Origin: the human T2T-CHM13v2.0 reference genome, Homo sapiens
Strand: one strand, 5' to 3'
Assembly (NCBI RefSeq): GCF_009914755.1
Contig: NC_060946.1
DNA: 64,000 nt
Positions 48,473 to 63,856 of the stretch are shown one piece after another. The notes under the pieces are model-generated. The model had not been told where the DNA came from. It ran no database searches and saw only the letters and a program-made list of their open reading frames with translations. Numbering within the stretch: position 1 is the stretch's first letter; the number at the start of each line of letters is the position of its first letter. The position numbers and the translations under genes are program-made.

Positions 48473-48737
48473 ATGAAATACTCTTCAGCCATAACACTCC
48501 AGGAAATCCTATCACCTCTGCAGCCAGGTGGAGAAAGCTGGAAGACATTAGGTAAACTATGAAATGACCCTGGTTGGAGAGAGATCTACACTGCATGATC
48601 TCAGGCATGCAGGATCCAAAAAATTTATCTCCTAGAAGCAGAAAGTTCAATAGCGGTTACCAGAGGCTGGGAAGAGGAGGAGGCCTAGGCAAGGAATGGT
48701 GAGCCGAACGCTCCCCACTCCAAATGTATTTACTTGT

Positions 48738-49018
48738 TTAGAGACAGAGTCTTGCTTTGACATCCAGACTGGAATGCAGCGGTGCCATCATGGCTCACTG
48801 CAGCACCCACCTCCCAGGCTCAAGTGGTTCTTCTGTCCTAGCCTCCCAACTGGGACCACAGAAATATGCGAACATTTTCAGCTAATATATATTTTTTTAA
48901 TTTGTAGGGACAGGGGCTCCCTATTTTGCCCATGTTGCTCTCAAACTCCTGGGCTCAGGCAATCCTCTCACCTTGACCTCCCAAAGTGCTGAGATTCTAG
49001 GCTTTAGCCACCATGCCT
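48738..49018 (-). mobile_element. Diverged AluJ-type
   Basis: Reverse-complement Alu, heavily decayed. Confidence 0.85.
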
Positions 49019-49019
49019 G

Positions 49020-49355
49020 ATCGTATGTTTACATGTTGAAATTCTAACCCTCAATCTCATGGTATCAGGAGGTGGGAGGTAATGAGGTCCTGAGGGTGGA
49101 GCCCGCATGAATGGGATTGCTGGCTTATTAAAAGGAACCCCAGAGAGCTCTCTTCCCCCTCTCTCTGCCAGGCGAAGACACAACCTGAAGTCTGCAGTCT
49201 GCCACACAGAAGACAGTCCTCACCAGGGCCCAACCAGGCTGGCACCCTGATATCCGACTTCCAGCCTCCAGAACTGGGAGAAATACAATTCTGTCTGCCC
49301 TGGGGATGAGCTCCCCAGGCTATGGCTCTTTGCTCTAACAGCCTGAACTAGCATA
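49020..49355 (+). mobile_element. ERVL-MaLR LTR (MLT1A/MST-like)
   Basis: gagggtggagccc..atgaatgggatt, gacttccagcctccagaactgggagaaata. Confidence 0.8.
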
Positions 49356-50356
49356 GAAGTGCTATCCCATCATCTGGGTTGTATTCTATTCAGAAAGGCG
49401 TCACTAACCCCTCAGTGCTGTGATCCTTGCGGACGCTGCCCACCATAGGCTGAGATGAGGCACAGGGTCTGGTTCTAAATAGAATCAGAAGGCACTGGAA
49501 AGTGCAATGTCAGAGGACGATGAGGGCTGAATTTCATATAATCTCAGCCTCTACTGGTGCGCATGGAAAACGAGGCCCAGAGCAAAAATGCCTTTCTCGA
49601 GATCACACTGTGGACCCCAAGCCCATTGGAGTTGTATTCCATGCTACCTCTCACCCCTCACTTCTTCTTGAAATTCTTCCATCTCTAAGCGTGTGCAGTA
49701 TCTACAGGGGACACCAAACAATGAGTTTTATAAGATTTATCTCAAAGACACCTGATGAGTTCACCAGGAAGGAGATGCTAGCAAAACCCCATTGTGCATG
49801 TTGCAGGGCTGGGGAGGCCCCAAAACACCAGAAAACTTCTCTAGGGTCACAGAACTGGTAAGATCAAGGAGGTTTGGCCCAGCACTGTCTCCTCACACCT
49901 AGGGCCTTAGTTGCCTCCAGGTCTTCCCAGGGTGACGAGGGGGCACTTTTTTTGCATAATTTGGAACAGGTAAGAAGTTGGTAGGAACAGGTAAGAATAG
50001 GGGGTTGGTGAGTGGTCAGAAGCCCAGTGGGGCCTTTGAGTAGGTCTTATGGACGGAAGGAGCATAGGGGATTGGACCTGGAAGAAGTGAGTCTCCTCTC
50101 AGATCCTGGGCCTTGTGATGGGCTTTCTCCCACCCTGGAGTCTTCCGGCATTTTCCCCCTGCCAAGGGTTGAAATGGCCTTAGCTGTTTCTCCAGACTCC
50201 CTTTGATGTTAAAGGATGAAATCCAATTATATTCCTTTAAGTTAAAGCATTCTTCTAAAGCATCTTGTCCTGTGCACTGTCTCTAAAATGAGGAGGGGAC
50301 GAGGCCTCCCCAGGCCCTTTCCCTCCATATCAGAAGTGGAGCTTCAGGTGGCCTAG

Positions 50357-50695
<339 letters not shown>

Positions 50696-50826
50696 AGGAA
50701 GGTGCTCAGCTCTGACCCAGGTGCTGCTGCACTGCCATTTGACATCCAAAAGCCCGCGTCTCCTCATCTCTACCATGAGGATGATTTTTGAGGACTCACT
50801 GGGATGATGCTCTTGTAGGCTACTAA

Positions 50827-51194
<368 letters not shown>

Positions 51195-51370
51195 CTATTC
51201 TCCACTCTTATGTCAAATTTTAAAGTCTAGAACCTTTTCCACCATGGGAACCCATGTCCTCCACATCCACAAGTCTCCAAAGGGTTGGGGATTCCTTGTG
51301 TGAGCTCCAGATCCCAATCCTCTGGTGGTTCATGGTGTTGTCAATGACATGTCTCTCCTTGTCACCCCAG

Positions 51371-51546
51371 TATGAAAATGAGGAGACTTACAGGGTGCGA
51401 ACATTCCAGATAGGTACAGGGGAGAAACTGGTGAAGGCCCTGGTTCCAGCCTTTCTGGGTAGAACCATCTCCTCCTATGCCACCTGTTTGGGCCCCTCCT
51501 GGGACTTTATCACCGTGCCAGACTTCATGGAGGAACTGTTTACCAG
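51371..51546 (+). pseudogene. RALGDS/RGL-family RasGEF N-terminal (REM) exon, open frame, canonical splice sites
   Basis: ccccag|YENEETYRVRTFQIGTGEKLVKALVPAFLGRTISSYATCLGPSWDFITVPDFMEELFT-AG|gtgaat versus RALGDS YENE...CKVRTVKAGTLEKLVEHLVPAFQGSDLSYVTIFLCTYRAFTTTQQVLDLLFKR. Confidence 0.85.
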
Positions 51547-52151
51547 GTGAATGTCCATCCCCTCCAACTCACAGTGGTGACTGTCTCCGACTAGCTGTGT
51601 CTTGAGGATGTCACCGAAGCCCTCTGAGCCTGTTTGCTCCTTTGTAAAGCAGTGAGATGAACCTCATAGGGTTCTTATGGGAACTAAATGGCCTAAGGCA
51701 TGGCAAGCAGGTCCCAAGTGCCTGGCTCTGTGAAAAGGCTGCTGAGCATGCTATAGTTCACATTTATTATCTTTCCCTTCAATGGAGCTCTGGGCATGCT
51801 GTCTCAATGGCCCATATCCCTGTTTGGAAAAGCACACAGAAAGCAAATCTGTTTTTGCATTTGTAAAGGATGTCTGTGATTCTTTCTAACTGGTCTTTGT
51901 CCTTGACAGAGAAAGAACAGGGGTCCCTTGGGTCCTGAAGGAGGGGCCCCAGGCTCACTCAGGTATCTGTAGAGGTTCTGGTTGAGGTTCATTCATTCAA
52001 CAGATATATATGAAAAATGTAATTTATGCAGTCACTTTTCCAGTGGCTTGGCATAATTTAGTAAAGAAAGCAGATGACAATACCTGGGCCTCAATTCTAC
52101 TTGAAGTGTCAGATACTTCCAGTAGAGCGCATAAGCAGGTCATATCCACAG

Positions 52152-52250
52152 AATGTTAGATGTGACAGCCTCATGGCCTCCTCTAGGTATGGTGGCATCT
52201 TCCCAGGTTCTGGGACTAGGATGACATAGCCCAGGAACAAGTATAAACTG
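52152..52250 (+). pseudogene. Next RALGDS-like exon, disrupted
   Basis: ccacag|..RCDSLMASSRYGGIFPGS / frameshift / D*DDIAQEQV* versus RALGDS RCDALTASSRYGCILPYSDEDGGPQDQLK. Confidence 0.8.
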
Positions 52251-52834
52251 GGTGGATTTAGGGTTCTGAAGGGTCTTTTGACTTCCAAACATACGTGGAG
52301 GAAATATGTGGACTGTAGCTGGGAAGAGACTGAAAAAACCCTGGGTCTCATCTCTCTTATGATTCCCATGAGAAAGTTGAGATCTAGGGACTTTCCCTAC
52401 AAAAGGAAAGGAGAGTTGTAGATGGCACCTTAGGTCCCCAGTAAAATATAGGGGAGGCTATGGCCAGGGCCGACCCCCAAGAGAACCATTCCCAGCACAG
52501 GGGTTTCCTATCTCTGCCTGTCCTCCATGCCACATCTGCCTCTCCCAACCCAAGCACCAAGTGGCCCAGAGCTGGAGTTTTGATGGGCAACCTGCTCACA
52601 CATCTGCCTGGAGCTGCAGTTGTGAGTGCCCAGGTGCTCAGCACTGTGTGCCAGGGCCTTTGGGAAGAGAATGTCAGTAGGAAGCCGGGGCCCGCAAGGG
52701 TCTGTATAGCCCTGCTGCATGGCCAGGTCTGCCCCTATCAAGACAGCACAGATGGCTGGGGCTGGAGTGGGGCTGTCCTCTACACAGGAAGCAACAAGCC
52801 AGGGGCCCAGAACCACAATAAAAAGCCCCGCAAG

Positions 52835-53195
<361 letters not shown>

Positions 53196-53510
53196 TCACC
53201 AGCACCACCACCTACCTCCATTTTGTTCACCCGGCCCCATGGATACAAAAACTCTGCCGTGTATTTAGAATAAGAAAGGTAGTAAAGCTATGAAGACTTT
53301 GTCTTTTGGGCCGCTATTCCTTAAACCTCCCCATACTCCCTCTTCAATGTGTTCCACTATCCATTCATCTAACAGCCTGATTACAACTCCCTGGGTGCTC
53401 TCCAAGTAAGAGGGGTATTTAGGGTTTTGCTGAGTGCAGGGGTGATGCCTAAATGGGTGGATGAATGGACAAACTGACAAAGCAACAGACGAAAGGAAAC
53501 ATTCCAAAAC

Positions 53511-53516
53511 CTTATT
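53511..53516 (-). terminator. RTCB: Candidate non-canonical RTCB poly(A) signal AATAAG
   Basis: Minus-strand AATAAG ~390 nt after the stop, followed by a U/GU-rich tract; I saw no AATAAA in between. Confidence 0.5.
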
Positions 53517-53907
53517 GAACAGAACTTTCTTCATGACACCTCTCGGAATGTAAACAGAGCTTGGTGTGAAGAAGATCAATCTGATGGCTAAAGATCAGTA
53601 TGACTGCGTAAGGCAGTTTGACATCTACCCATCCCTAACAGATTTTCCTAAAACTCTGTGGAACAACCAAGGAGAAGGCATATTCCTCCCTTTCCAAAGG
53701 TGGGCAATGTGCCTCTTCCTGGAAGGTTATTTTACAAGCACGGGCCCCTGAAAGCAGCAGCCTCCCCATCAGCCATTTTGGCGTGAGCAGTTACAGCTGC
53801 ACACTTTGCAACTTGTCCCGCCTTGAGTCTGATGTCAGAAGAGCATGTCAGTCCACTTCCACTTCAGAGAGGGTTGGTGGTGTCAGGCAGCCCTGCTGTC
53901 CAAGGTT

Positions 53908-54015
53908 CTATCCTTTGATCACAGCAATTGGTCTCAGTTTAATGGCTTTCTTGCTGATTCCAGCATCATGGCAGGTATTTACCACATCTGTCACATTCTT
54001 ATAGGACTCAGGAGC
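53908..54015 (-). CDS. RTCB: RNA 2',3'-cyclic phosphate and 5'-OH ligase, last coding exon
   Basis: cag|[35 protein letters not shown]; TAG at 53908-53910. Confidence 0.97.
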   Translation of the reverse strand, partial: APESYKNVTDVVNTCHDAGISKKAIKLRPIAVIKG

Positions 54016-55309
54016 CTGCAGGAGAGGAATTTAAACATTGTACAAGTCCACTGAAAACACAGTCTTTACAAGCACCAAACTTCACTTGTGATGAAATAAA
54101 TGCACACTAAAATAATACAGAGAGTTTTTTTTTGCCTATGAAATTAGCAAAAATTTAAAAAAGAAGTAAGCCTGATGTTGGTCAGTGCTGATTTCCAAAA
54201 CACTTTCACCTTTTTTTTTTTCTGTATTTTTCAAAATGTCTTTAAAGAACATGTATTACTTGTATAACTAGGAAATGTAGTAAATGTAAGTAAATAAAAC
54301 ACACACCAGAACCTGATTGGAAGAAACGGCACCCAACCATCATATGTTAGTGATAATTATCTCTTGATGGTAGAATTACTGGCAATTTTAATTTTCTTCC
54401 TTTATATATTTCTGCAGTTATCAAAATTTCTGGAATGAACATGTAGTACCTTCACAGTAAGTTATAAAATTCATATATGTATAAAACAAAGTAAAACTGT
54501 GTGCACATGTATATGTGGGTATCTATGTGTACCTACACTCACAGACAATTTCTGTGACTTTCCAGCAACATTCCCACCATTCCATCCTACCCACACAGCC
54601 TTGCCACCATTAGCACTAATCTCATCACACACTCACTTTATCTTCATTCCTGTCAATACAAGCTTAGGCCATCCATGCTGATTCCCGTACGGTTCTGTAC
54701 ATAATATCCTTTTCTATCCCATCTCCCATTCCCTTCCAGTTTCTGAAACTTTCCCACTGTGGCCTCTGGAACTCCTTCCAGAAGGAGCAAAATCCCCTCC
54801 CTCCCTTCTTCTTTGAATGTTCCCTTCACCTTCTTGTTTTACTGAAACACGGATCTTTCCCGAGGATACCACTTTCATCTCCAACTTTCTGAATGGTGAC
54901 TGCTGTTTTCCCCAAATCAGGTCATGCCATTGGTCCCAGAAGTGGGACAGGTGTGCTCCTGGCTTTCATGGTTGTTTCTATTCTCCCGTTCTCCCTAGGC
55001 ACTCCTAGTTTTGAATCTTGCAGTCATTACATCGTACCACAAACTACCTTTGGCTGTAGTTATCTGTGGGAGCCTGAATCACTCCCCAGTACTACTTGGC
55101 GATTTCTAGCTCCTGGCAATCAGATGAAATTCCACTGGGCCAATGACTGTCTCTCCCCTAGATGAATATTTCATACCTTTTCTCAGATCCCACTCTCACT
55201 TGCTGACCTTACTATGTAATACACTGAAAAAAATAGAAGCAGCCAGAATATTCATAAACATGCTAACTTTATCTTCCCCACATATCTGTATCTATACCTT
55301 CTCTCCTTT

Positions 55310-55526
55310 TATTTTTTTACTCTGTCACCCAAGGTTGAGTCCAGTGGCACAATCATAGCTCACTGAGACTACAGGCATGTGCCACTGTGCCTAATTTTTT
55401 TTATTTTTGTAGAGATGGGGTCTTGCTTTGTAGCTCAGGCTGGTCTCAAACTCCTGGCTTTAAGCGATACTCTCACCTCAGCCTCCCGAAAGTGCTGGGA
55501 TTACAGGTGTGAGCCACTGTGCTCAG
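55310..55526 (-). mobile_element. Internally deleted AluJ-type
   Basis: Reverse-complement Alu fragments. Confidence 0.8.
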
Positions 55527-55529
55527 CTT

Positions 55530-56240
55530 CTTCTCTCCTTTTATAAAGGATGAATTATCTGTGCTCCTAGCAAAGACCAACCCCATCCACTTGTACATCA
55601 GACTCTATCTCCTCTCATCTATTCAAGGACACTTCTCCAGCAATTTCCTCCCTCTTTTCTGCATCATTAATTTCTCTTGTAGATTCTTCTCATCAACATG
55701 CAAACACATTTGTCAGATCACGTCACTATTCTGCTCAAAATCCTCCAAGGTTTTTTCATTTTAATCAGAGTAAAAGCAAAAGTCCAAGTGCTCTGGCGCC
55801 CCCTACCTCTCTGACCTCATCTCCCTCTGGCTTGCTCTTGTCATGCCTGGCCTCCTTGCTGTTTCTTGAACACTCCTTCATAACCTCAGCTCACAGATTT
55901 TGCGCTTGCTGTTCTCTCTGCCTCGAAAGCTCACCTCCAGATGCCCAGGTAGCCTGTTTCCTCTCTCTCTTCAGGTCTTTGCTCTACTGTCACCTCACTG
56001 AAGTCTTCTCCGACCACCTGCTTAAAACTGTACCCCTTCCCACCTTTCCTTACCACCTTTCCCTGCTTTTTATTTCATAGAACTTGCATGGTCATTAACA
56101 CACTGTATGTTTTATTATTTGGAAAGCTCCACAACGAAGGGACTCATGTTTCTTTTGTTCACTGCAGTATCTCTAGCATATAGAACAGTACCTAACTATA
56201 GCGGATGGTTAGTACGTGTTAGCTGAGTAAGTGAATCAAA
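55530..56240. mobile_element. Ancient L2-like fragments
   Basis: tcagatcacgtcactattctgctcaaaatcctccaagg, tttcttttgttcactgcagtatctctagc. Confidence 0.65.
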
Positions 56241-56326
56241 TAATCACGTGTTGCAGGTGAAAAAACAAAACAAAACCAAAAAACCAAAAATCCAAATTTT
56301 AACTGTAATTATTTCTGGCTGATTGA

Positions 56327-56663
<337 letters not shown>

Positions 56664-56784
56664 AGTATATTCCAAATCTTTTAAATTAACCATGTATTCT
56701 TAAGATCAGGGGAAAAATGAATTGTTATTAAAAAAAATAAGTCTTTGTCATACTCTGACTCAGTAATTCCACTTTTTTTCCTTA

Positions 56785-57090
<306 letters not shown>

Positions 57091-57311
57091 TAATTTATAG
57101 TAGCAAAAATTTGGAAGCTACTTAAATGTCCACTACAGGCAGAAAGTAAGGTACTCAGCTGGTGGAATATTCAGCAATGATTTTAAAAAGTGACACAAAC
57201 AATTTTATAATAATGTGCAAAATTTTAAAAATAACTACAGAATGTTTCTTAACTATAATTAAGACTAGCTTTAAAAAAAGCATTTAGGAAAAAACTATGA
57301 CAATAAGTAAA

Positions 57312-57655
<344 letters not shown>

Positions 57656-58155
57656 TGAGTTTTTGGATGACTGTTTTTCTTTTCTCTTAAATCATTAAGG
57701 AATTATATTGCTTTTAATTTAAATATGTACATATATGTAAACATATATACAGAATTTAAACAAAATCTGTTCTCCTGTGAATCAAATAAAACTTTCTCCA
57801 AACATTTATGCCTTCCTTTTTCAAATTTGCTTTCAAATTGAAACCTAAGTATACAATTGTGCAAAAGCAAGAGTCAGCTCAAACTACTCTTGAAAAGCTT
57901 AATATGTAGATGGAGACTATAAATGAACAGTAAAAATCATTCTTAAGGACTTGGCTTGTAATTTTAACCAAAAGAAATGAAAACATAAAACTGAAATAAG
58001 CTAAACCAAGGAAGATAAGCCAAAATTGAGGTCATAAAAAAAAATAACCCAAACAATTTCTGTTAGTAACACCCTAAATTGCTGTCTCTGTAGACTGGAA
58101 CAAATTACAAATGGGGAACAATAAATATTCATGTATTTATCAAAATTTCACTTAC

Positions 58156-58275
58156 CTCTTCCATAACCAGTTTGGGTGAGGCAACACGGATCGCAATTCC
58201 CATATCTGCCAATTTGTCTAAGACATCCTGGAAATCTAAATTACGTCGAGATTTTGCTCGGGACAATGCACGGCC
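58156..58275 (-). CDS. RTCB: RTCB penultimate coding exon
   Basis: tag|[40 protein letters not shown]|gtaagt; 120 nt. Confidence 0.97.
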
Positions 58276-58409
58276 CTAGAATGGGAAAGGAATGAACTTT
58301 ACTTTAAACCCTAAGATGATAAGCCCTTTCCCTGATTTTCTCTCACACTAAAAAGGAGCTTAAAAAAACATCTTTTTTACTTTATCGAATTGGTAACAGG
58401 CCTTTTAAA

Positions 58410-58636
58410 CCTCATCATATCCTTTTAGATTTTGGACCGGAGAATTCTTTGTTGGGAGGCTGTCCTATGCAGGGTATTCAGCAGCGCAGCGCAGTGTATT
58501 CAGCAGCATCCCTCGCCTCTAAGACCCACTAAATGCCAATAGCAACTCCCACTAAACCATGACAATAAAAAAAGCCTCCAGAAATTGTCAATGTCCCCAT
58601 GGCGGTAGGGGGATCTCCTTTGTTGAAAACTACTGG
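58410..58636. mobile_element. MER20-like hAT DNA transposon fossil
   Basis: ttttggaccggagaattctttgttgggaggctgtcct...cagcagcatccct...gttgaaaactactg. Confidence 0.65.
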
Positions 58637-58793
58637 GTTAAAATTAGGAGTTGGGAGGCAGCTAGAAATGAGAAACAATCAGAAAAAAAAGTAGGATTAA
58701 ATACATTTGTGAAGGTCTGTCCTAGGAGAAGGTACTCTAGACAGTTTCTCTTTCCCATTTCAACACTGGCTCAACACTCTGGATGGCTTAGAA

Positions 58794-59335
58794 AAGGGGC
58801 CGGCAAACTACGGTGTATGGGCCAAATATGGCCCACCACCTGCTTTTTAAAATAAACTATTTTGTTTTTTGAGAAAGGGTCTCCCTCTGTCACCCAGACT
58901 GGAGTGAAGTGACATAATCATAGCTCACTGCAGCCTTAATCTCCTGGGCTCAAGCAATCCTCCTGCCTTAGCCTCCTGAGTAGCTATGACTACAGGTGTG
59001 CCACCACACCTGGCTAATTTAAAAAGTTTTTGTGGAGACGGTGTCTTGCTAATGTTGCCCAGTCTAGTCTTGAATTCCCGGCTTCAAGTGCTCCTCCTGC
59101 CCTGGCCTCCCAAAGTGCTGTAATTACAAGTGTGAGCAACCATGCCTGGCCTAAAATAGTTCTATTAGAACACAGCATTGCCCATTTACACAGTACTTAA
59201 GGTTGCTTCTGCACTGAAATGGCATAGCTGAATAGCTGGTACACAGACCATCTGGTCCCAAAAGCCTAAAATATTTACGGTCTGGCCCTTTATGGGAAGA
59301 GTTTCCTGACCCCTGGGCTTAGAAGATGAGAGGCA
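58794..59335. mobile_element. MER58-like hAT DNA transposon fossil split by an antisense AluJ (58860-59151)
   Basis: aggggccggcaaactac...gggccaaat; aagcctaaaatatttac..tctggcccttta...ctgacccctg. Confidence 0.75.
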
Positions 59336-59807
59336 GTGTTTTGAAATGGGTGTGTGTGTAGACTGTACATGGGCTCTAATTTGCAAATAGGGCCTATCCT
59401 TCCAATCTTGCGTGGACCTACACAATAGGAAGGGGCAAATTAAACAAATGAGCAGGTCCAGTCAGTCGCTGAGATCAACTGTGATATTTGCATCAGTTAA
59501 AGTTCTATCACTTATAAACCAGACAGTAAGCTCAGCTAGTGTGACAATTTCCCAGTCTGGATTTTCTGGACTTGCAGAGATAAGAAACGGTCCCTAACCC
59601 TACCAGATCTCACTGAGGCAGAGATACTAGGTGACCCCAGTCAGTTCACTAAATAGTATACATTATGGGGAACAATTTGAAGTACAAGACATGATAGGCC
59701 CAAGTCTCAACTCTGTTAATGTTCAATCAGCTACATTTACCAGTCAAAATGGAAAACCATAGCTAAACTGAAGAGAGCATTTCTAAGGAAGTTTCTGTTT
59801 TCCTTAC

Positions 59808-59918
59808 CGCTCCATGACAGGTTGTTCCAAAGGTCTCAGTCATGCCCTGTTCAGTGCCAGTAAGAACATAACTACAGGTTCCCATGGTGCCACCAATGAG
59901 CACTGGCTGTCCAGTGAG
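59808..59918 (-). CDS. RTCB: RTCB coding exon carrying the guanylylated catalytic His (H428)
   Basis: cag|[37 protein letters not shown]|gtaagg; 111 nt. Confidence 0.97.
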
Positions 59919-60029
59919 CTGAGGATGCACATAAATCAAACATGTTAAAATTCAGAAAAACATAGGCTTTTTATGCATAAAATTTAAATTTTCTCTTGCA
60001 CTGTAGGATTGTAGGAGAAACCCAGACTT

Positions 60030-60327
<298 letters not shown>

Positions 60328-60942
60328 GGAGAAACCCAGACTTCTAAACGCGCGGCTAGTAAACTATATTAAGATAGTACTTTGATTCTTTGATAAATCG
60401 GAGGGGAAGGAAGAGGACGAGAGTGAAAATCTGAGGACCAGTAAAAATGCAGAAGAGTCAAAATAAGAGCAAAGCAAAATCCAAAAGTGTAGAGAAGTGT
60501 TGCTAGAACCACCATCCTGAGCAAGGTGCTTGTCTTCTCTGTTTTGGGTTTCTCATCTGTAAAAGGAGCAAGCAGACTATGGGGTCTTTCGAACTCCACC
60601 ACAGCCAGACACCAAGAGGACAGGAGGAATGAAACAGACTGAGTTTACTCTGTCTTCTGTAACTGAGTTACTCCTGTCTTCCACTAATTCAAAGGCCTCA
60701 ATTCACGGTAGTGGAGTAAAATACACTTCCTGCAGCACTTGCTATAGCACACGGCACCACCGCAAGCACAAATGATGGGGGAAGGAGTTACTGCTTCAGA
60801 GAAGATTGGGAATCACTGTTCTCATGAGTGACAGAGTATTTTCTTTTCACAATTGCTGCTTTTCGTTTTAAATGTAATTCACATTTGCAACAATCTAAAT
60901 CATGCCCCCAGTGCTTAAAACTACAAACGTAGCGCTACGTAC

Positions 60943-61131
60943 TTGGTAATCAACAGCAATGAGGGGATGGTGAGGAGGGAAAGCGCGGGTGGATCCCTTC
61001 CTGTGTACTAACAGTGTCCGTTCCTTTCCGTCCACCACATGCTGCTCCACTTTGGCAATGTTGTGAGAAACATCATAGATCACATGTAGGTCCAAGTCAT
61101 CAGGGGTTGTGTTGAAGACCTTGGCGAAAGC
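60943..61131 (-). CDS. RTCB: RTCB coding exon (metal ligand H353, HRKGSTRA motif)
   Basis: tag|[63 protein letters not shown]|gtacgt; 189 nt. Confidence 0.97.
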
Positions 61132-61600
61132 CTAGGAGAAAACACAGAAGATAAAAGCAGCCAGAACTTCAGGACTTATGTTCAGCTCTTCGTGACTCAT
61201 CTCACTGGTTTCAGGTAGTCTGTTCTGAAGGGAGTAAAAGATTTAAAAGTTCAAAAGTAGCCGTAAGATTATCTTCACGTAAAGGACAAAAGCTGTCCTT
61301 TAGACCACACAGGAAATGCCACCACATCATTTTCATCTTTAGTTGAAAAGCTGCTGGGCAACTTTTGATCCCACCTTTCAAAATTGCTTCTTCTCAGCCT
61401 TCTGAATCTTAGTCAGTGGCACTTCTATTCTCTATGCTGTTCAAGACAAATTCTAGGAATAATTTTGATTCTCTGCTCTCATTTCTCATGCCTGATACTC
61501 TGATGATTTAGTTTAAGACAACACCAAAACCTTGGACACTTCTCTGGTATTTTGAAAGTTAACTATGTGAATTTCCAAAACCAAACACCATAGGCTTTGA

Positions 61601-61915
<315 letters not shown>

Positions 61916-61989
61916 TGGACTGCACTATGTTTTAAAGCACTTAACATCATCATGAATGACTCGGAACAGAAGAGCAACTTCTACTGTAC

Positions 61990-62165
61990 CTGACGGGTTA
62001 AGAAGGTCATGGAAGAGCGGTTGACCCAGGCATAGTTCCCAGCAGCTGCCATTCCCTTCAGATAGTCTTGACCCTCTGGGGAAGCGATTCGAGCACAAGC
62101 CAACTGCCGATCATTGACTATAATCTTGTCTCTCTTCATGGCCTTCTCCATAGCTACCAGCGCAT
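61990..62165 (-). CDS. RTCB: RTCB coding exon
   Basis: cag|(D)[58 protein letters not shown]|gtacag; 176 nt, phase-compatible with its neighbours. Confidence 0.97.
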
Positions 62166-62740
62166 CTGGAACAAGAGCCACAAAGTCCAAACCAGTTAGC
62201 TTTCCCTTAAATGAACAGTTCAGATTTACTGCAGAAAGGTAGGCTACATTCAAATTCATTCCACAAAAAAACCCAATGAAAGCCAACTTTCCCTTTAATG
62301 TGTTTCTGAGTTCATCTATTTGCTCAGTCAAGACGTACTTGAGAATCTTTCAGAGTGCAGTGACAGTTTGGGGGACACAAAGTCAACATTTGCCCTCTAG
62401 GAACTTGAAAGAGAATGGGATGTGTAAACAAATAGCCACAAGATGGTCTTCATTACTCCTTTCTCAATATGTGAATGCATGGGAATAGTAGTAGCAAAAT
62501 ACATTTTGTTGCCTTCATGATTAATCAAATCCATGACAAAATGCAGAGAAGTACTCAGGGGAATGTTCTGAAACACTAGTTGACACTTCGTATATCTGCT
62601 AGGTTAAATAGTCTAGAGGGTCAGGCTGGCACAAATTATTAAATTCTCACACAATAAAATGGACTAGAGGCTGATCTGTAACATGGAATTTTAAGCTTAT
62701 AACAATTTCCAGGCATCTATATACCTTTTCATTGATTCGC

Positions 62741-63139
62741 TGTTGGAGGCCGAAAGAATGAGGGTCGTGAACAACTCAGTATACCACTGGAGGCTATGAG
62801 TAAACAGCAAACTGTTCTTATGAATGCAAGATGCTGGCAAGCTGACAACTGCGTCTGTTGCCCAGAAGGAATGCTGAGGGCAGCCACGCCCCAGGCACAA
62901 GTGTTTCTTGTGACAGGCACATGTGAAGCCTGTTAGCAATAATATGAACCTGGGATCAATCAAGCAGCTGACCAATAGTTACCTCCTCCTCCCTGCTCTT
63001 TCTACCCAATAAATACAAAGGGCTGTGGAAGCTCACTAGAAGCAAGAAGCCCCTGACTCCTTCTTTAAAAGTTTCTTTTGTTTTTTGTTTTCATTTCTGC
63101 GTTCATCCCGCTTCATTCAGTCCTGTAGTAACCGTCACA
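62741..63139 (+). mobile_element. Solo ERVK-class LTR (LTR3-like, HML-6), antisense within an RTCB intron
   Basis: TG...CA termini (tgttggaggccgaaagaatgagggtcg...gtcaca); 6-bp flanks attcgc/attcat; the family name is from memory. Confidence 0.75.
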
Positions 63140-63856
63140 ATTCATACATTATTTCACACACCCTCCAAGCTATCCAAAAGGACCTATCCAATATTTCGCT
63201 GCTTCCTGCTTTTGTTCATGCTGCCTTTGTCACCAGTCTTTGTGTGTAATTGTCCAAACTGTGAGATCCAGCTCAACACTGGGTCCATGAAGCCATCTCC
63301 AAAATCTTTTTCCTAAATGTGTTTTGTTTGACTCTCCTATATAATTAATTGCTACCTTTTAATATTTATTTTTTCTTTTAAATGGACATGACCTTTACTT
63401 CATGAGACAATTTGAGTGCAAAGTATCTGCCTCTTTCATCAGCAAATCCACCATCACATCTAATGTTGCAGAGCAGGTATATGATACATAATCTGCCAAA
63501 TGAAAGCCTATTTCATAAATTCCACTCTTTACACATTTCTTGCTCTTTCTTGGCCAGATAGTAACTCATAAGAGTAAACATAACAATAACTGCAACTAAC
63601 ATTTATTGAGTGTTTACTAATGTCAAACATTAAGTGCTTTACATATATTATTAACTTTCCATGATAATTCTATATGAAATAACTATTATACTCATTTTTT
63701 TAGACAAGAAAGTTATGGCCCAGTGAATTTGTCCAAGTTATTTAATTGTTGAGGACTCAGGATAAAACCCATGCAGTATATTTCAGAGTTTTCGCTCTTA
63801 AATTTCTATCTGGTTGCCCATAAAATGTACATTTTAGCACAAAGTCTAGAATATAC

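Noticed and set aside
48156-48650. CVCVC/YIYIY ORFs
   Set aside because: Translations of the (TG)n(TA)n microsatellite.
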